Origin: a virus
DNA: 64,000 nucleotides
Direction: 5' to 3' (one strand)
Virus record (IMG/VR): IMGVR_UViG_3300042261_000588
Location: 79,855 to 143,854 of that record
Under the pieces are notes generated by a model. It ran no database searches. It was not told the origin of the DNA and saw nothing but the letters and a program-made list of their open reading frames with translations. This document shows positions 40,485-49,363 of this stretch, one piece after another. The stretch's first letter is position 1; every line of letters starts with the position of its first letter. A program made the position numbers and the translations under genes.

Positions 40485-41060
40485 ATGGATAGGATTGGAA
40501 CCAGTGCAGGCGATAAAGCTGGCGGAGAGCCTCAAAGCGTCAGCGGTGGGGATACTGAGAAGCACTCCGAAGTCTCAGAAAGACTGATCTATCAGCGTGT
40601 GATCTGTGGAATATTCCTATTCTTGATCTGCATATCCTCAGTCATCGGTTTTGCAGCATCGAAGTTGTCTTGGTATTTTGCGATACCGTTTGGGATATTC
40701 GGTGGGTTGATCGGCATGTTCTTGGGGATAGGAATAGAATGGATACGCTTAAGTATTGAAATCACGGATGTCAAAAAGGAACTCATCTTAGAAAGGATGA
40801 TGAATGATGCCAAGTGTCGTAAGCAGACACGTAAAGCCGTTGATGATGCAAGGCATGAGTATGTTAGTTTGGCTATCGAGTCAGCTAGGGTATTGGCAAA
40901 CCGAGTGGCGAACAGGATCATCGCAAGACATGCCAGCCGGCTCCTCGAAGCTGAATATAGAGAGGCAACGATACAGGATACTGACGAGATTGTTGAGGAT
41001 GAATTGAAGTCGTTGAAGCAGTCAATTCGGGACGAGTTTGATGCTGAAAAAAATATTTGA
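40485..41060 (+). CDS. membrane protein, two TM helices (start uncertain)
   Basis: hydrophobic segments then coiled coil. Confidence 0.5.
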   Translation: MDRIGTSAGDKAGGEPQSVSGGDTEKHSEVSERLIYQRVICGIFLFLICISSVIGFAASKLSWYFAIPFGIFGGLIGMFLGIGIEWIRLSIEITDVKKELILERMMNDAKCRKQTRKAVDDARHEYVSLAIESARVLANRVANRIIARHASRLLEAEYREATIQDTDEIVEDELKSLKQSIRDEFDAEKNI

Positions 41061-41069
41061 AGATTTTTG

Positions 41070-41099
41070 TTGCAATGTTTCAGGCAGATGGAGTATAGT
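41070..41099 (+). promoter_or_regulatory. sigma70-like promoter of tRNA region
   Basis: TTGCAA-N18-TATAGT. Confidence 0.6.
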
Positions 41100-41141
41100 A
41101 TCTCTGTGCGGTAGAAAAGGCCGTAAGGAGTGGATGAGAAA

Positions 41142-41249
41142 ATGAGACTGATACATACAGGTAAAGAGCAGAAGCCGATGGCAGGAGCGATTGAAGATCG
41201 CCCAGCCACGTGGTTTTCACTCTTTTCTGTCTTGTTCAATCAGGATTAA
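41142..41249 (+). CDS. putative attenuator leader peptide (35 aa)
   Basis: AAGGAG RBS; MRLIHTGKEQKPMAGAIEDRPATWFSLFSVLFNQD. Confidence 0.6.
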   Translation: MRLIHTGKEQKPMAGAIEDRPATWFSLFSVLFNQD

Positions 41250-41282
41250 AGCAAGAAGAAGACAAGACAGAAAAGAGTGAAG

Positions 41283-41311
41283 ACCGCAGCCGAAAGGCAG
41301 GCGGTTTTTTT
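41283..41311 (+). terminator. intrinsic terminator overlapping an antiterminator helix
   Basis: ACCGC-A-GCC-GAAA-GGC-AG-GCGGT then T run. Confidence 0.75.
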
Positions 41312-41319
41312 ATTTTCCT

Positions 41320-41344
41320 TATTTTACTGATGAGTCGGTAATGT
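41320..41344 (+). promoter_or_regulatory. TATT-N13-GGTAATGT motif
   Basis: 1 of 7 copies. Confidence 0.55.
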
Positions 41345-41633
41345 GGGGTATGTCGGGACGAGAACGACGAGCGATCATTGACAACTGAATATCGAAATGC
41401 GAAACAGCCACCCGGCTGTAGGCAGGTTGGAGCCATTTTGCGGACGAAGCCCTTCGGGGTTCGACGTTCGATGTGAGTGGATGACTGTAGCCGAAATGCG
41501 GGTGGTTGTCTTCGCTCCATACTGCCTTGGTTCTCGACTAGGGGCCGAATTTGATGTTCGGCGAACCCGCAGAGGGGGCGTAGTGTAGACTCAGCACTCG
41601 GTTGGGATTGCGAGGGTAGTACAGAGCGGAGAT

Positions 41634-41709
41634 GTCCCTATCTGCTAACTGGTGAGGCAATCAGATTCTCAATCTGATAATCCGGGTTCGAGTCCCGGTG
41701 GGGATGCCA
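41634..41709 (+). tRNA. tRNA-Glu(CTC)
   Basis: cloverleaf, TCAGA-ttCTCaa-TCTGA, CCA. Confidence 0.9.
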
Positions 41710-41797
41710 ATATAAGTATGGAGATGTGGGGCGAAGTCGGCAGCAGCGAAGCGGGTTTGGGCGTCTCATAAGAGTGATTGGAGACGATCCACCAAGA

Positions 41798-42008
41798 AGA
41801 AGTAGGATTTATGATCATGGGAATACGACTCGAAAAGTCGCCGGACGGATAGGTGAATGTACAGCACCACAGTAAGTCTGGACTACCCATGATCGGATGG
41901 AGACACCTGCCAGATCAATGAAGTGTGAAAGCCGAGGGGCGGCCCGAACGGATAGTTCATGCAGAGATCAAGTGGTGTGGCTACCGGGGAGAAGCACCCG
42001 GCCTATTT
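41798..42008 (+). ncRNA. structured ncRNA candidate
   Basis: terminal AAGTAGG/CCTATTT, GATCATGGG/CCCATGATC, CCGGG/CCCGG stems; no ORF. Confidence 0.45.
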
Positions 42009-42024
42009 ATGAAATGACGGTGAT

Positions 42025-42100
42025 GCGAGTGTAGCTCAGTTGGTAGAGTAACTGACTCTTAATCAGTGGGTCGTCGGTTCAAATCCGTCCACTCGTACCA
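42025..42100 (+). tRNA. tRNA-Lys(CTT)
   Basis: cloverleaf, CCA. Confidence 0.93.
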
Positions 42101-42184
42101 GTTTACGGGCCTGAGTCTAGTGACAGTCCAGATGAATCATCCAGATGACCGGAGAACTTACCTCCGGCGGGTCCATCAGTTTTT

Positions 42185-42355
42185 GAACAGCGGCGTGGAA
42201 AGCATAGCCCCTCGAAAGGTTATTAGAGACACGCTAGGTCAAGCAGGTCATGTGGCCGAAAGCTCCACACTGCCATAGTAGAGATGATGGCGAACGGTAG
42301 TAAGATGCTCGTACTCAGAGAGGTGGAGATAGCCGGGGTAGCGTCCGGCCTGTTC
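42185..42355 (+). ncRNA. tRNA-scaffold ncRNA family member A
   Basis: GAACAG/CTGTTC closing stem, GCGTG-GAAAG..AGA-CACGC, GCCGG-GGTAGCGT-CCGGC. Confidence 0.6.
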
Positions 42356-42678
42356 GATTCAGCTTGCAAGAGGTGAGCCGAGACCGTAGGCATACGGTAA
42401 TCATTTACAAAAACCCTGATGAGTTGATGGCCTTCGGCCTGATGAGTTGATGGGTGTAAATGTTTGGCTGAGACCTACCGAGGATAGACGATACGTGGTG
42501 TATAGAGCACGCCCGAAGGGAGGATCAGGTTCGAGTCCTGAACGTTGGAACAATTTCTTGCTGCAAGGCAACAGTGAAATCCCTCATAACTTTTCAATTT
42601 CGTACTTGCGAGTCAGGCCACGATTCAATGCAGTGATGTACGACTGCGATAGTGGATAAACCAGACCGCCCAATTTTT

Positions 42679-42860
42679 AGGAGCAAGCAGCACGGGAGGC
42701 AGACGTGCCGACGAATGCCGCAGTAGAGCAAAGTCGGGTGGACGAACATTGTCGAACCGGGAGCAGTAATGCAACCCGTGGATGTCCAAGGTAAAGCCCT
42801 TAGCGGGGTTGGAAGTAGGATGAACAGTCCGCTGATCGGGGTGGCGTCCGATCTGCTCCT
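42679..42860 (+). ncRNA. tRNA-scaffold ncRNA family member B
   Basis: AGGAGCA/TGCTCCT, GCACG..AGA-CGTGC, GATCGG-GGTGGCGT-CCGATC. Confidence 0.55.
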
Positions 42861-42868
42861 TTTTTTAT

Positions 42869-42946
42869 GTTGGCCGTAGCTCAATTTGGCAGAGCGTCTG
42901 ATTGTGGGTCAGAATGTTGCGAGTTCAAACCTCGTCGGTCAACCCA
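42869..42946 (+). tRNA. tRNA-His(GTG)
   Basis: G-1:C73, GTG anticodon, CCA. Confidence 0.88.
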
Positions 42947-42955
42947 TAAGGAAAG

Positions 42956-43027
42956 CATGGCACACTTCAGCGTGATGGCTACTTCTACTTCTATGAAAAA
43001 AGCCTTTGTGCAATCATCGGTGCCATG
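42956..43027 (+). ncRNA. Y-RNA-like RNA 1 (short, no tRNA module)
   Basis: CATGGCAC-ACTTCAG...TACTTC...GGTGCCATG. Confidence 0.6.
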
Positions 43028-43043
43028 TGATCCTTGCCATTCT

Positions 43044-43152
43044 GAAGGCACACCTCAGTTGAGGGATACTTCGTTTGTTCGATTCAAACCCTCGGCAGAT
43101 GCCGGGGATGCCCTGTTGGTGGGCGTTTCTCTCAGCGATTATTGGTGCCTTT
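43044..43152 (+). ncRNA. Y-RNA-like (YrlA-like) RNA 2 with permuted tRNA module
   Basis: T-arm, closed acceptor stem, D-arm order inside shared terminal stem. Confidence 0.65.
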
Positions 43153-43164
43153 GATTTCACTTTT

Positions 43165-43307
43165 TCAGGTCACACTTCAGGGTAGGGATACTTCATTCCA
43201 ACCGCTAATCGAGGTTCGATTCCTCGTCTCTCGACCATAACATCGGGAGATCGTCTAATGGCTAGGACAGCGGCACAAGACACCTTGCTCGCTTATTGGT
43301 GATCTGA
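43165..43307 (+). ncRNA. Y-RNA-like (YrlA-like) RNA 3 with permuted tRNA module
   Basis: CGAGG-TTCGATT-CCTCG, TCTCTCGA/TCGGGAGA, GTCT-AATGGCT-AGGAC. Confidence 0.7.
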
Positions 43308-43312
43308 TTTTC

Positions 43313-43389
43313 GGGCTCATAGCTCAGTTGGTTAGAGCACGGGACTCATAATCCCTTGGTCGCAGGTTCGAGTCTTGCTGAGCCCACCA
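43313..43389 (+). tRNA. tRNA-Ile2/Met(CAT)
   Basis: CAT anticodon, GGGCTCA acceptor suggests Ile2. Confidence 0.88.
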
Positions 43390-43395
43390 TCTTAT

Positions 43396-43471
43396 AGGCA
43401 TGTAACTCAGTTGGTAGAGTGCAACTCTGATACGGTTGATGTACCTGGTTCAATTCCAGGCATGCCTACCA
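43396..43471 (+). tRNA. tRNA-Ile(GAT)
   Basis: cloverleaf, CCA. Confidence 0.88.
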
Positions 43472-43531
43472 TGAATTCAAAAAGAAAGGACGGTGATTGC
43501 AATGAAATGCGATGGTAAACGAGTGTAAAGA

Positions 43532-43606
43532 GGATGCGTAGCTCAGAGGTAGAGCAGTTGGCTTTTAACCAACGGGTCGAGATTTCAAAATTCTCCGCAT
43601 CCACCA
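43532..43606 (+). tRNA. tRNA-Lys(TTT)
   Basis: cloverleaf, CCA. Confidence 0.88.
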
Positions 43607-43620
43607 AAATAGATTTTCTG

Positions 43621-43760
43621 TGAGGCACACTTCAGCGAAGAGTTACTTCAATGTTAATGACGTGGTTGTTGGTTCAACTCCAACCTCCGGAGTCGCAAGA
43701 TTCCGGAGTAGCTCAATGGTAGAGCACGAAAATCTCTCTTCGCGTTTTTTTGGTGCCTCA
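43621..43760 (+). ncRNA. Y-RNA-like (YrlA-like) RNA 4 with permuted tRNA module
   Basis: TGAGGCAC/GTGCCTCA, TACTTC, GTTGG-TTCAACT-CCAAC, CTCCGGAGTC-GCAA-GATTCCGGAG, GCTC-AATGGTA-GAGC. Confidence 0.7.
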
Positions 43761-43897
43761 CGGACCTATTTCATTCTATTCTACGACAGGTTTACCGGAA
43801 TTGCCTGTCGTAGTCTGCATACCCGGTTCAGCACCGGCTACCCGGAGGATGTGCCGCCAAGAAGCCAGTTTCCCGGAGTTCTGACAAACCGGGATTT

Positions 43898-43972
43898 GCC
43901 CCCGTCGTCTAGTGGCTAGGACGCTGGTTTTTCAAGCCGGAGAAGGCGGATCGATACCGCTCGGGGGTGCCA
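43898..43972 (+). tRNA. tRNA-Glu(TTC)
   Basis: cloverleaf, CCA. Confidence 0.88.
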
Positions 43973-43996
43973 ACTTCCAATGGAATGGTGTATAAT

Positions 43997-44073
43997 GTGC
44001 CTATAGCTCAATTGGACAGAGCACTTGACTACGGACGAGAAGGCGGCTGGTTCAAATCCAGTCAGGAGCACCA
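43997..44073 (+). tRNA. tRNA-Arg(ACG), degenerate stems
   Basis: D and T arms clear; acceptor and anticodon stems imperfect. Confidence 0.6.
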
Positions 44074-44212
44074 AGAAAGATTTTTTAATTTGGGGGGGTA
44101 AAGGGTTGGATGGATGCACGCCGCCCGAGCGGTCTGTCCAGTCTGCGTAAAGCAATCTGTCCGGTGCAGCGCCTCGTGGGCGTAGGATGGAAAAGTTGCT
44201 CCCTCCTTTTTT

Positions 44213-44287
44213 GGAGATGTGGCAGACCGGTAATGCGCCTGATTGTCTATCAGGTTTATGCGAGTTCAATTCTCGTCATCTTCGCCA
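44213..44287 (+). tRNA. tRNA-Asp(GTC)
   Basis: CCTGA-ttGTCta-TCAGG, CCA. Confidence 0.82.
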
Positions 44288-44394
44288 ACGCTTGTTCGGG
44301 ATCAGGAGAAGCAGAAACCGCCTCTGTTCGTTAGGAGGGTAATCCCCCGATGCCAACTTGGATGTGTTCCATGGCAAGCATCTATTTCAGTTAT

Positions 44395-44480
44395 GCCGAG
44401 TTGGCTCAGCGGCGACAGCAACGGCTTCGTAAGTCGTCATGGTAACTACATCGGGGGTTCGAGTCCCTCACTCGGCTCCA
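44395..44480 (+). tRNA. tRNA-Thr(CGT) with long variable arm
   Basis: GCC acceptor start, U73, CGT anticodon. Confidence 0.82.
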
Positions 44481-44612
44481 TGAAATATTTTTTCACATTT
44501 TACTGTGGGTCGAGTATAATATCTTGATCGGTATAGCAGCGAGCCAAAGTGGCTCCGATTAAGACGGTCATAGTTGGCCGTTGAATCGCTGAGGTAATTA
44601 GGAGAAGTTCAA

Positions 44613-45119
44613 ATGATTAGACGTGCAGTTGTGACGGTGTTGGCTGTTATGGGGCTGTGTCTTGCCGGATGCAAGATGTCGCCGAGTGAGATCAATGCGA
44701 TGTCAGAAGCCTCTGGCGTAGCGGCAACGGTGATCTGGATGTCCTATGACAATCCATCAGTCGAGCAGAAAACTGAAGTCGCCAATGTTCTTGGCGTCGT
44801 AACGGAGAACATCGGAATTGTCGGGACAAATTCGTATACTTCCGTGTTCATGCCGAAGGTTATGGCGTATGTTGTTGCCAGTCAGGATATTCCGGCCAAT
44901 GACAAGCCCATTGTCATCGCTGGGTCGCTGGCAGTTTTCGGAGGTATTGACCTGTTGTTTGCAAGTCATCCTGAATGGAAGGAAGACACGCAGAATGTCG
45001 GGTCGTATGTCAAGTCATTCATTACTGGCGTACAGCTCTCTCTGGCTTTGCCGGCAACGGACTCGAAGGTTATGAAGGCAACCGAGAATTACAAGGCACG
45101 CTCAGCACTCAAGAAGTAA
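44613..45119 (+). CDS. lipoprotein
   Basis: signal peptide + LAGC lipobox. Confidence 0.75.
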   Translation: MIRRAVVTVLAVMGLCLAGCKMSPSEINAMSEASGVAATVIWMSYDNPSVEQKTEVANVLGVVTENIGIVGTNSYTSVFMPKVMAYVVASQDIPANDKPIVIAGSLAVFGGIDLLFASHPEWKEDTQNVGSYVKSFITGVQLSLALPATDSKVMKATENYKARSALKK

Positions 45120-45184
45120 GATAAGTATCAGCGTGGTTCTTGAAGGGGCGTTTCGATGAAGAGTCGGACGCCTCTTGTATTTAT

Positions 45185-45271
45185 GCCAACGTGACCTGAA
45201 TTGGTAAAGGCCCTGATTTGTAATCAGGTAGTTCCGAAAGGATCGTGCAGGTTCGATGCCTGTCGTTGGCT
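45185..45271 (+). tRNA. tRNA-Thr(TGT) with long variable arm, no encoded CCA
   Basis: CCTGA-ttTGTaa-TCAGG; TCC-GAAA-GGA variable arm. Confidence 0.8.
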
Positions 45272-45509
45272 CGGGAAGCAAAGTTGGGGCACCTCTACGT
45301 GGTGCTGACTAGAAACAGCAGGAGTGCTGGCTAAGACCCCAATCGAAGGTTGATGATGGTAAGGAACCTCATAGCCTTTTATTCTTTGAAATAGGTGAAT
45401 GTCGAGACATCAATGAGGCAGAGTTCGATGCTTTGTTCAAGACAGGCTTGTGCTTTGCGGTTGTCATTATTCTGAATGGATGCTAATTTTGCAGGGAGGA
45501 ACAAGAAGT

Positions 45510-45585
45510 AGGCGTGTGGTCCAATTGGTCGGGCACCGGTCTCCAAAACCGGACTATGTGGGTTCGAGTCCCGCCACACCTGCCA
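45510..45585 (+). tRNA. tRNA-Trp(CCA)
   Basis: cloverleaf, CCA. Confidence 0.92.
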
Positions 45586-46033
45586 AAACCAGAGAGGTGG
45601 ATTCGACTTCCGCTCACCATGCCAATCTGATCCGCAAAAAAATCTGAAGAAAAATCTACAATTTTTGTTTGACTTATCCCGTTGATTTGGTGTAATATGG
45701 ACTGGAATGATGAGTCATGGAAGAGTTGTAAAATGATCAGAACTTCAAATCACTGGAAGTTGGTTGTCGGCTAGAGCGCTTTCAGCTTGCGGAAAACAAG
45801 TCAGGAGTCTATAGTTCCTGATGTTCAAAAGTCTCATAGAATAAAAATCTATGAAAAGGCAACTGAGTAGAAATTTTTGGATTTATAGGTCAGTGGCAGA
45901 GGGAAAATGCACGGGTATGCCCGGTCTCAGGGTTCGGTTAGTGGGCGAGCTGATCTCTGAGTGAAAGATACCAATCTTTCCTGACCTATTAATCTTGTTG
46001 TGAAAACATTGTCTTGCCGGAGTATAATGAGAC

Positions 46034-46372
46034 ATGAATACTAAAAAAGGCAACGGGATTGAAGAACTCTGGAAACAAACGAAGAAGAAAATTCGTATGG
46101 ATCAGGTTCACACAGAAATTGATCACAAGGTTCTTGCCGCTGGTGATCTCTGTCAGGTCGTCCTTTACAATGACGATCATCATACAAGCTCTCATGTGGT
46201 AAAGTCTTTGATTGCGATTTTTCAACATTCACAGGCAATAGCTGAGAAGATCATGCTCGATGCTCATAATTCTGGACGGTCGGTTGCCGAGGTTGAGGAT
46301 TATGAGAAGGCAGTTGAACATGCCAAGCAATTAGCTGAGGCTGGTTTGAAAGCAGAAGTAGAGTCGTTTTAA
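46034..46372 (+). CDS. clpS: ClpS N-degron adaptor
   Basis: VVLYNDDHHT..VV..L...IMLDAHNSG. Confidence 0.85.
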   Translation: MNTKKGNGIEELWKQTKKKIRMDQVHTEIDHKVLAAGDLCQVVLYNDDHHTSSHVVKSLIAIFQHSQAIAEKIMLDAHNSGRSVAEVEDYEKAVEHAKQLAEAGLKAEVESF

Positions 46373-46513
46373 GCAAAACTGTAACAAGCCAAAGATAAAG
46401 TGCGACAACGCTGATAACTGCGCAGGCAAACAAGAAAAGTAGGAGAAGTAATGGAAGCACACTAGTTGGCGAAGTTGTTATTGGACAATTAATCTCGAAT
46501 GAAGAGTAATTTT

Positions 46514-46589
46514 GGGGCTATAGCACAATTGGTAATGCGGCAGCTTTGCAAGCTGTTCGGTACGAGTTCAAGTCTCGTTAGCTCCACCA
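46514..46589 (+). tRNA. tRNA-Ala(TGC)
   Basis: GGGGCTA acceptor with G3:U70, CCA. Confidence 0.92.
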
Positions 46590-46629
46590 AAAATTCGGGA
46601 GTGTTGGACCTTGTTGCGTCCGACTACCC

Positions 46630-46911
46630 ATGAACACAACAACCGCCAGCGGGCGGAAAGGAGCGCCTATGCGCATGTCCTCACGAAAAGGCCAGACGAT
46701 GGTCGAGTACATCATCATTGTCGTCGTGATTGCCATCACCCTGATCTTGCTCTTCTCCAATTTGGGCAAGGCCATTGGCAAGAAGGTCACCGGCGCGACA
46801 GCCGCCATAGACCAAGAGGTCGGTGAGGCGGCGGCGGCGACGTATGACACCCTGAGCGCCAATCCGGTTCGGGATTTAAATGCAGACGGGACGATGGTTG
46901 GCACGCCCTAA
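46630..46911 (+). CDS. Flp/Tad type IV pilin-like protein
   Basis: RKG|QTMVEY followed by hydrophobic helix. Confidence 0.8.
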   Translation: MNTTTASGRKGAPMRMSSRKGQTMVEYIIIVVVIAITLILLFSNLGKAIGKKVTGATAAIDQEVGEAAAATYDTLSANPVRDLNADGTMVGTP

Positions 46912-47077
46912 GCGGGAACGGGCACCATGGCAAGGGTGGCGATCAGGGCTCGTGATGCGCGTCGCCTCCGGTGCAGTAGTGGGCATTACACAAATTTGTT
47001 AGGCTTACAGAGAAGATATGGCGCGTAGCCGCGCCGATGTTCACCGCCGACGATAATCATCAAAAAGGAGAAGAAGT

Positions 47078-47491
47078 ATGAAGATTGGGTTTATGTCTTT
47101 GTTTTTCGTGTTTGTTGCAGGATGTGCCACTGGACCCTACACGCCGATTCGGACATCGAGTTTGAAGGGAGAAAAAGTCATTTATTTCGAGCAGGTAGAT
47201 CGGGTCCCGAAAGACGTATTGATGCTCTTGTGTGAGAAAAAGGATGACGGCACTATGAGTGCGAGAGTCATGCCTTGGATTGAACTTATCCCGATGATCG
47301 AGAAGCTGTCGGATGTCGCCCCAGAGATCGTCACTTCGTATAGCCAAGAGAGAATGGAAAACGCCATGATCACAAGGAGAATGCTGTTTCGTGGATATGA
47401 TGGCACGAATGACTTGGTGGAGATCGAGAGGATCATAAAGACGATGGGTGGAAACATCGAGAATTGGTCTGCGAAGAAGGACAAGCCGTGA
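47078..47491 (+). CDS. lipoprotein
   Basis: VAGC lipobox, AGGAG RBS. Confidence 0.7.
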   Translation: MKIGFMSLFFVFVAGCATGPYTPIRTSSLKGEKVIYFEQVDRVPKDVLMLLCEKKDDGTMSARVMPWIELIPMIEKLSDVAPEIVTSYSQERMENAMITRRMLFRGYDGTNDLVEIERIIKTMGGNIENWSAKKDKP

Positions 47492-47646
47492 GAAAGCCTA
47501 GACTGACAGAGGACATCGCTCGTGGCATTATGGGTTGGATGAGCTTCGGCAGATATTGCTGCTGACTCTGATCGTCTTGCGGTAGATATGGAAGTTATCA
47601 CAGAAGTTTGAACGCAACCCAGTGTCGTGGAGTGAAAAGTAATTTT

Positions 47647-47722
47647 GGCGGGTTAGCTCAGTTGGTAGAGCAATGGAATCATAATCCGTGCGTCGGGGGT
47701 TCGAACCCCTCATCCGCCACCA
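47647..47722 (+). tRNA. tRNA-Met(CAT) elongator
   Basis: cloverleaf, CCA. Confidence 0.92.
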
Positions 47723-47735
47723 TGTTTAATTATGA

Positions 47736-47813
47736 CGGTAAGTAGTTCAGTCTGCTTAGAACGCTCGGTTTGGGTCCGAGAGGCCGTGGGTTGAAATCCC
47801 ACCTTACCGACCA
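47736..47813 (+). tRNA. tRNA-Pro(TGG)
   Basis: cloverleaf, CCA. Confidence 0.88.
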
Positions 47814-47982
47814 CCGGCTCCAGAGGAGGTTCGGCAGGGAAGGACAAACAAGAAACGGAAGGAGATTGGGACAACATGGAAGCAATGATCGTCGTTGGGC
47901 CGGAGAAGAGACAAATGAAAAGGGACGGAGCCATGGACCTTGCGCGCGGAACCTTACAAACACCAACACCAAGGAGAAGAAG

Positions 47983-48540
47983 ATGAGTGATCTGAAGTTC
48001 AACTGTCCGCACTGCCAACAGTCCCTCGAAGCGCCCGAAGAACTCCTTGGCCAGACGATCAACTGCCCGTCATGTAATGGCCGCATTCAATTGCCAAGTC
48101 CACAGCCCCGGCAACCGGCCAAGCCATTGCCACCACCACAGAAGAAGGTCGTTCTCAACAAACCGCAAACGGCACCACCGCCACAAACCGGCCGGACAAA
48201 GCCCTGCCCGTTCTGCGGCGAACAGATCCTAGAAGTAGCGAAGAAATGCAAACACTGCGGCAGCACTGCCAGCCAAAGCAAGAAGCGCCTTCTTCCTGCC
48301 TTCTTGCTGTGCTTTTTCTTTGGCGTACTCGGTATCCATGCCTTCTACGTCGGCAAGGTCAGTCAAGGCATCGTCTTTCTGGTCCTCTTTTTTGGGGCAT
48401 TTGCCCTCGACGCCGCAAACAGTATGTTGAGTGAGTTGCCGGTACTACTGCTCTTCGTCTGCTTGTTCGGAGACCTCTTCCGCCTCGCGGTGGGAGCGTA
48501 CAAAGACACTGATGGAAACAAGATAACTCAGTGGATTTGA
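47983..48540 (+). CDS. zinc-ribbon + TM2 domain membrane protein
   Basis: CPHC..CPSC, CPFC..CKHC, LLCFFFGVLGIHAFYVGK. Confidence 0.85.
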   Translation: MSDLKFNCPHCQQSLEAPEELLGQTINCPSCNGRIQLPSPQPRQPAKPLPPPQKKVVLNKPQTAPPPQTGRTKPCPFCGEQILEVAKKCKHCGSTASQSKKRLLPAFLLCFFFGVLGIHAFYVGKVSQGIVFLVLFFGAFALDAANSMLSELPVLLLFVCLFGDLFRLAVGAYKDTDGNKITQWI

Positions 48541-48610
48541 GTGCATCGAGGCCAGATCAGAGCCGAACCAGCGCCTCCATTTTACGTCGCTTAGCGCCGA
48601 AGGGCTTCAA

Positions 48611-48940
48611 ATGATTGAGATCAAGAACGTCAAGACCTATAAGGGTGATGGATTCAGAGTTGATCGGTCTTCTCCTTTAGGAAACCCGTTCTTGGTTGAT
48701 GCCAAGACATCCCGGACGATGGCTATAGCACAATACCGGGAATGGCTCTTGAAGCGTCTGGAGACATACAATCCCACTTCCAAAGCTTTCATGGTGCTTG
48801 TCGAGTATTATCGTCGAGAGGGAAATATGACTTTGATTTGTCATTGCGCTCCGCTTCAATGTCACGCAGAGATCATAAGAGAGTTTGTCTTAGAGGCAGT
48901 TGATGTAATGGGAGATAAAAAAGTTGAAATCACGAGTTGA
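48611..48940 (+). CDS. DUF4326-like protein
   Basis: VDRSSPLGNPF...CHCAPLQCHAE. Confidence 0.8.
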   Translation: MIEIKNVKTYKGDGFRVDRSSPLGNPFLVDAKTSRTMAIAQYREWLLKRLETYNPTSKAFMVLVEYYRREGNMTLICHCAPLQCHAEIIREFVLEAVDVMGDKKVEITS

Positions 48941-49274
48941 CAAATTTGCCGCCAAGATGCGTAAGAACAAGTCGTGGCCTGAGAAGAAGCTTTGGGCTAA
49001 GATCAAGAACGATCAGCTAGGTGTTCGGTTCTATGCTCAGAAGGTCATTCTGGGTCACTACATCGCAGATTTCTATTGCCCAAAGGCTAATTTGGTCATC
49101 GAGACTGATGGCAAGCAGCATCTTAAGAAGGCGGCTCAGGAGCACGACAGGGAGCGTGATGAGGCGATGGCTAAAATAGGGATCAAGACAGTGAGGTTCA
49201 CGGCGCAGGAGGTTGCCAACAATCTTCCGGCTGTTGTCGTCATGATACAGAAGATCGTTCAAGAAAGAATCTGA
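48924..49274 (+). CDS. DUF559/Vsr-like endonuclease
   Basis: EKKLW..Q..YIADFYC..IETDG..H..D..RD. Confidence 0.85.
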   Translation: MKSRVDKFAAKMRKNKSWPEKKLWAKIKNDQLGVRFYAQKVILGHYIADFYCPKANLVIETDGKQHLKKAAQEHDRERDEAMAKIGIKTVRFTAQEVANNLPAVVVMIQKIVQERI

Positions 49275-49283
49275 TTCATTCCT

Positions 49284-49309
49284 TATTTGGGCAGGATTTT
49301 GGTAATGTA
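49284..49309 (+). promoter_or_regulatory. TATT-N13-GGTAATGTA motif
   Basis: repeated motif in an intergenic gap. Confidence 0.65.
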
Positions 49310-49363
49310 TGGGTGTAAGGGCGATACAAAACACAAAGCTGACTGGCGGCTTGCCAGCCAAGG

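Noticed and set aside
41720-42008. RNase P RNA or tmRNA
   Set aside because: Conserved GAGGAAAGUCC and tmRNA Ala-type ends not found
42415-42455. CTGATGAG twice, hammerhead-like core
   Set aside because: No correctly placed GAAA and stems
40592-44527. ORF-track calls overlapping tRNA/ncRNA genes or antisense to CDSs
   Set aside because: Explained by RNA genes or opposite-strand coding
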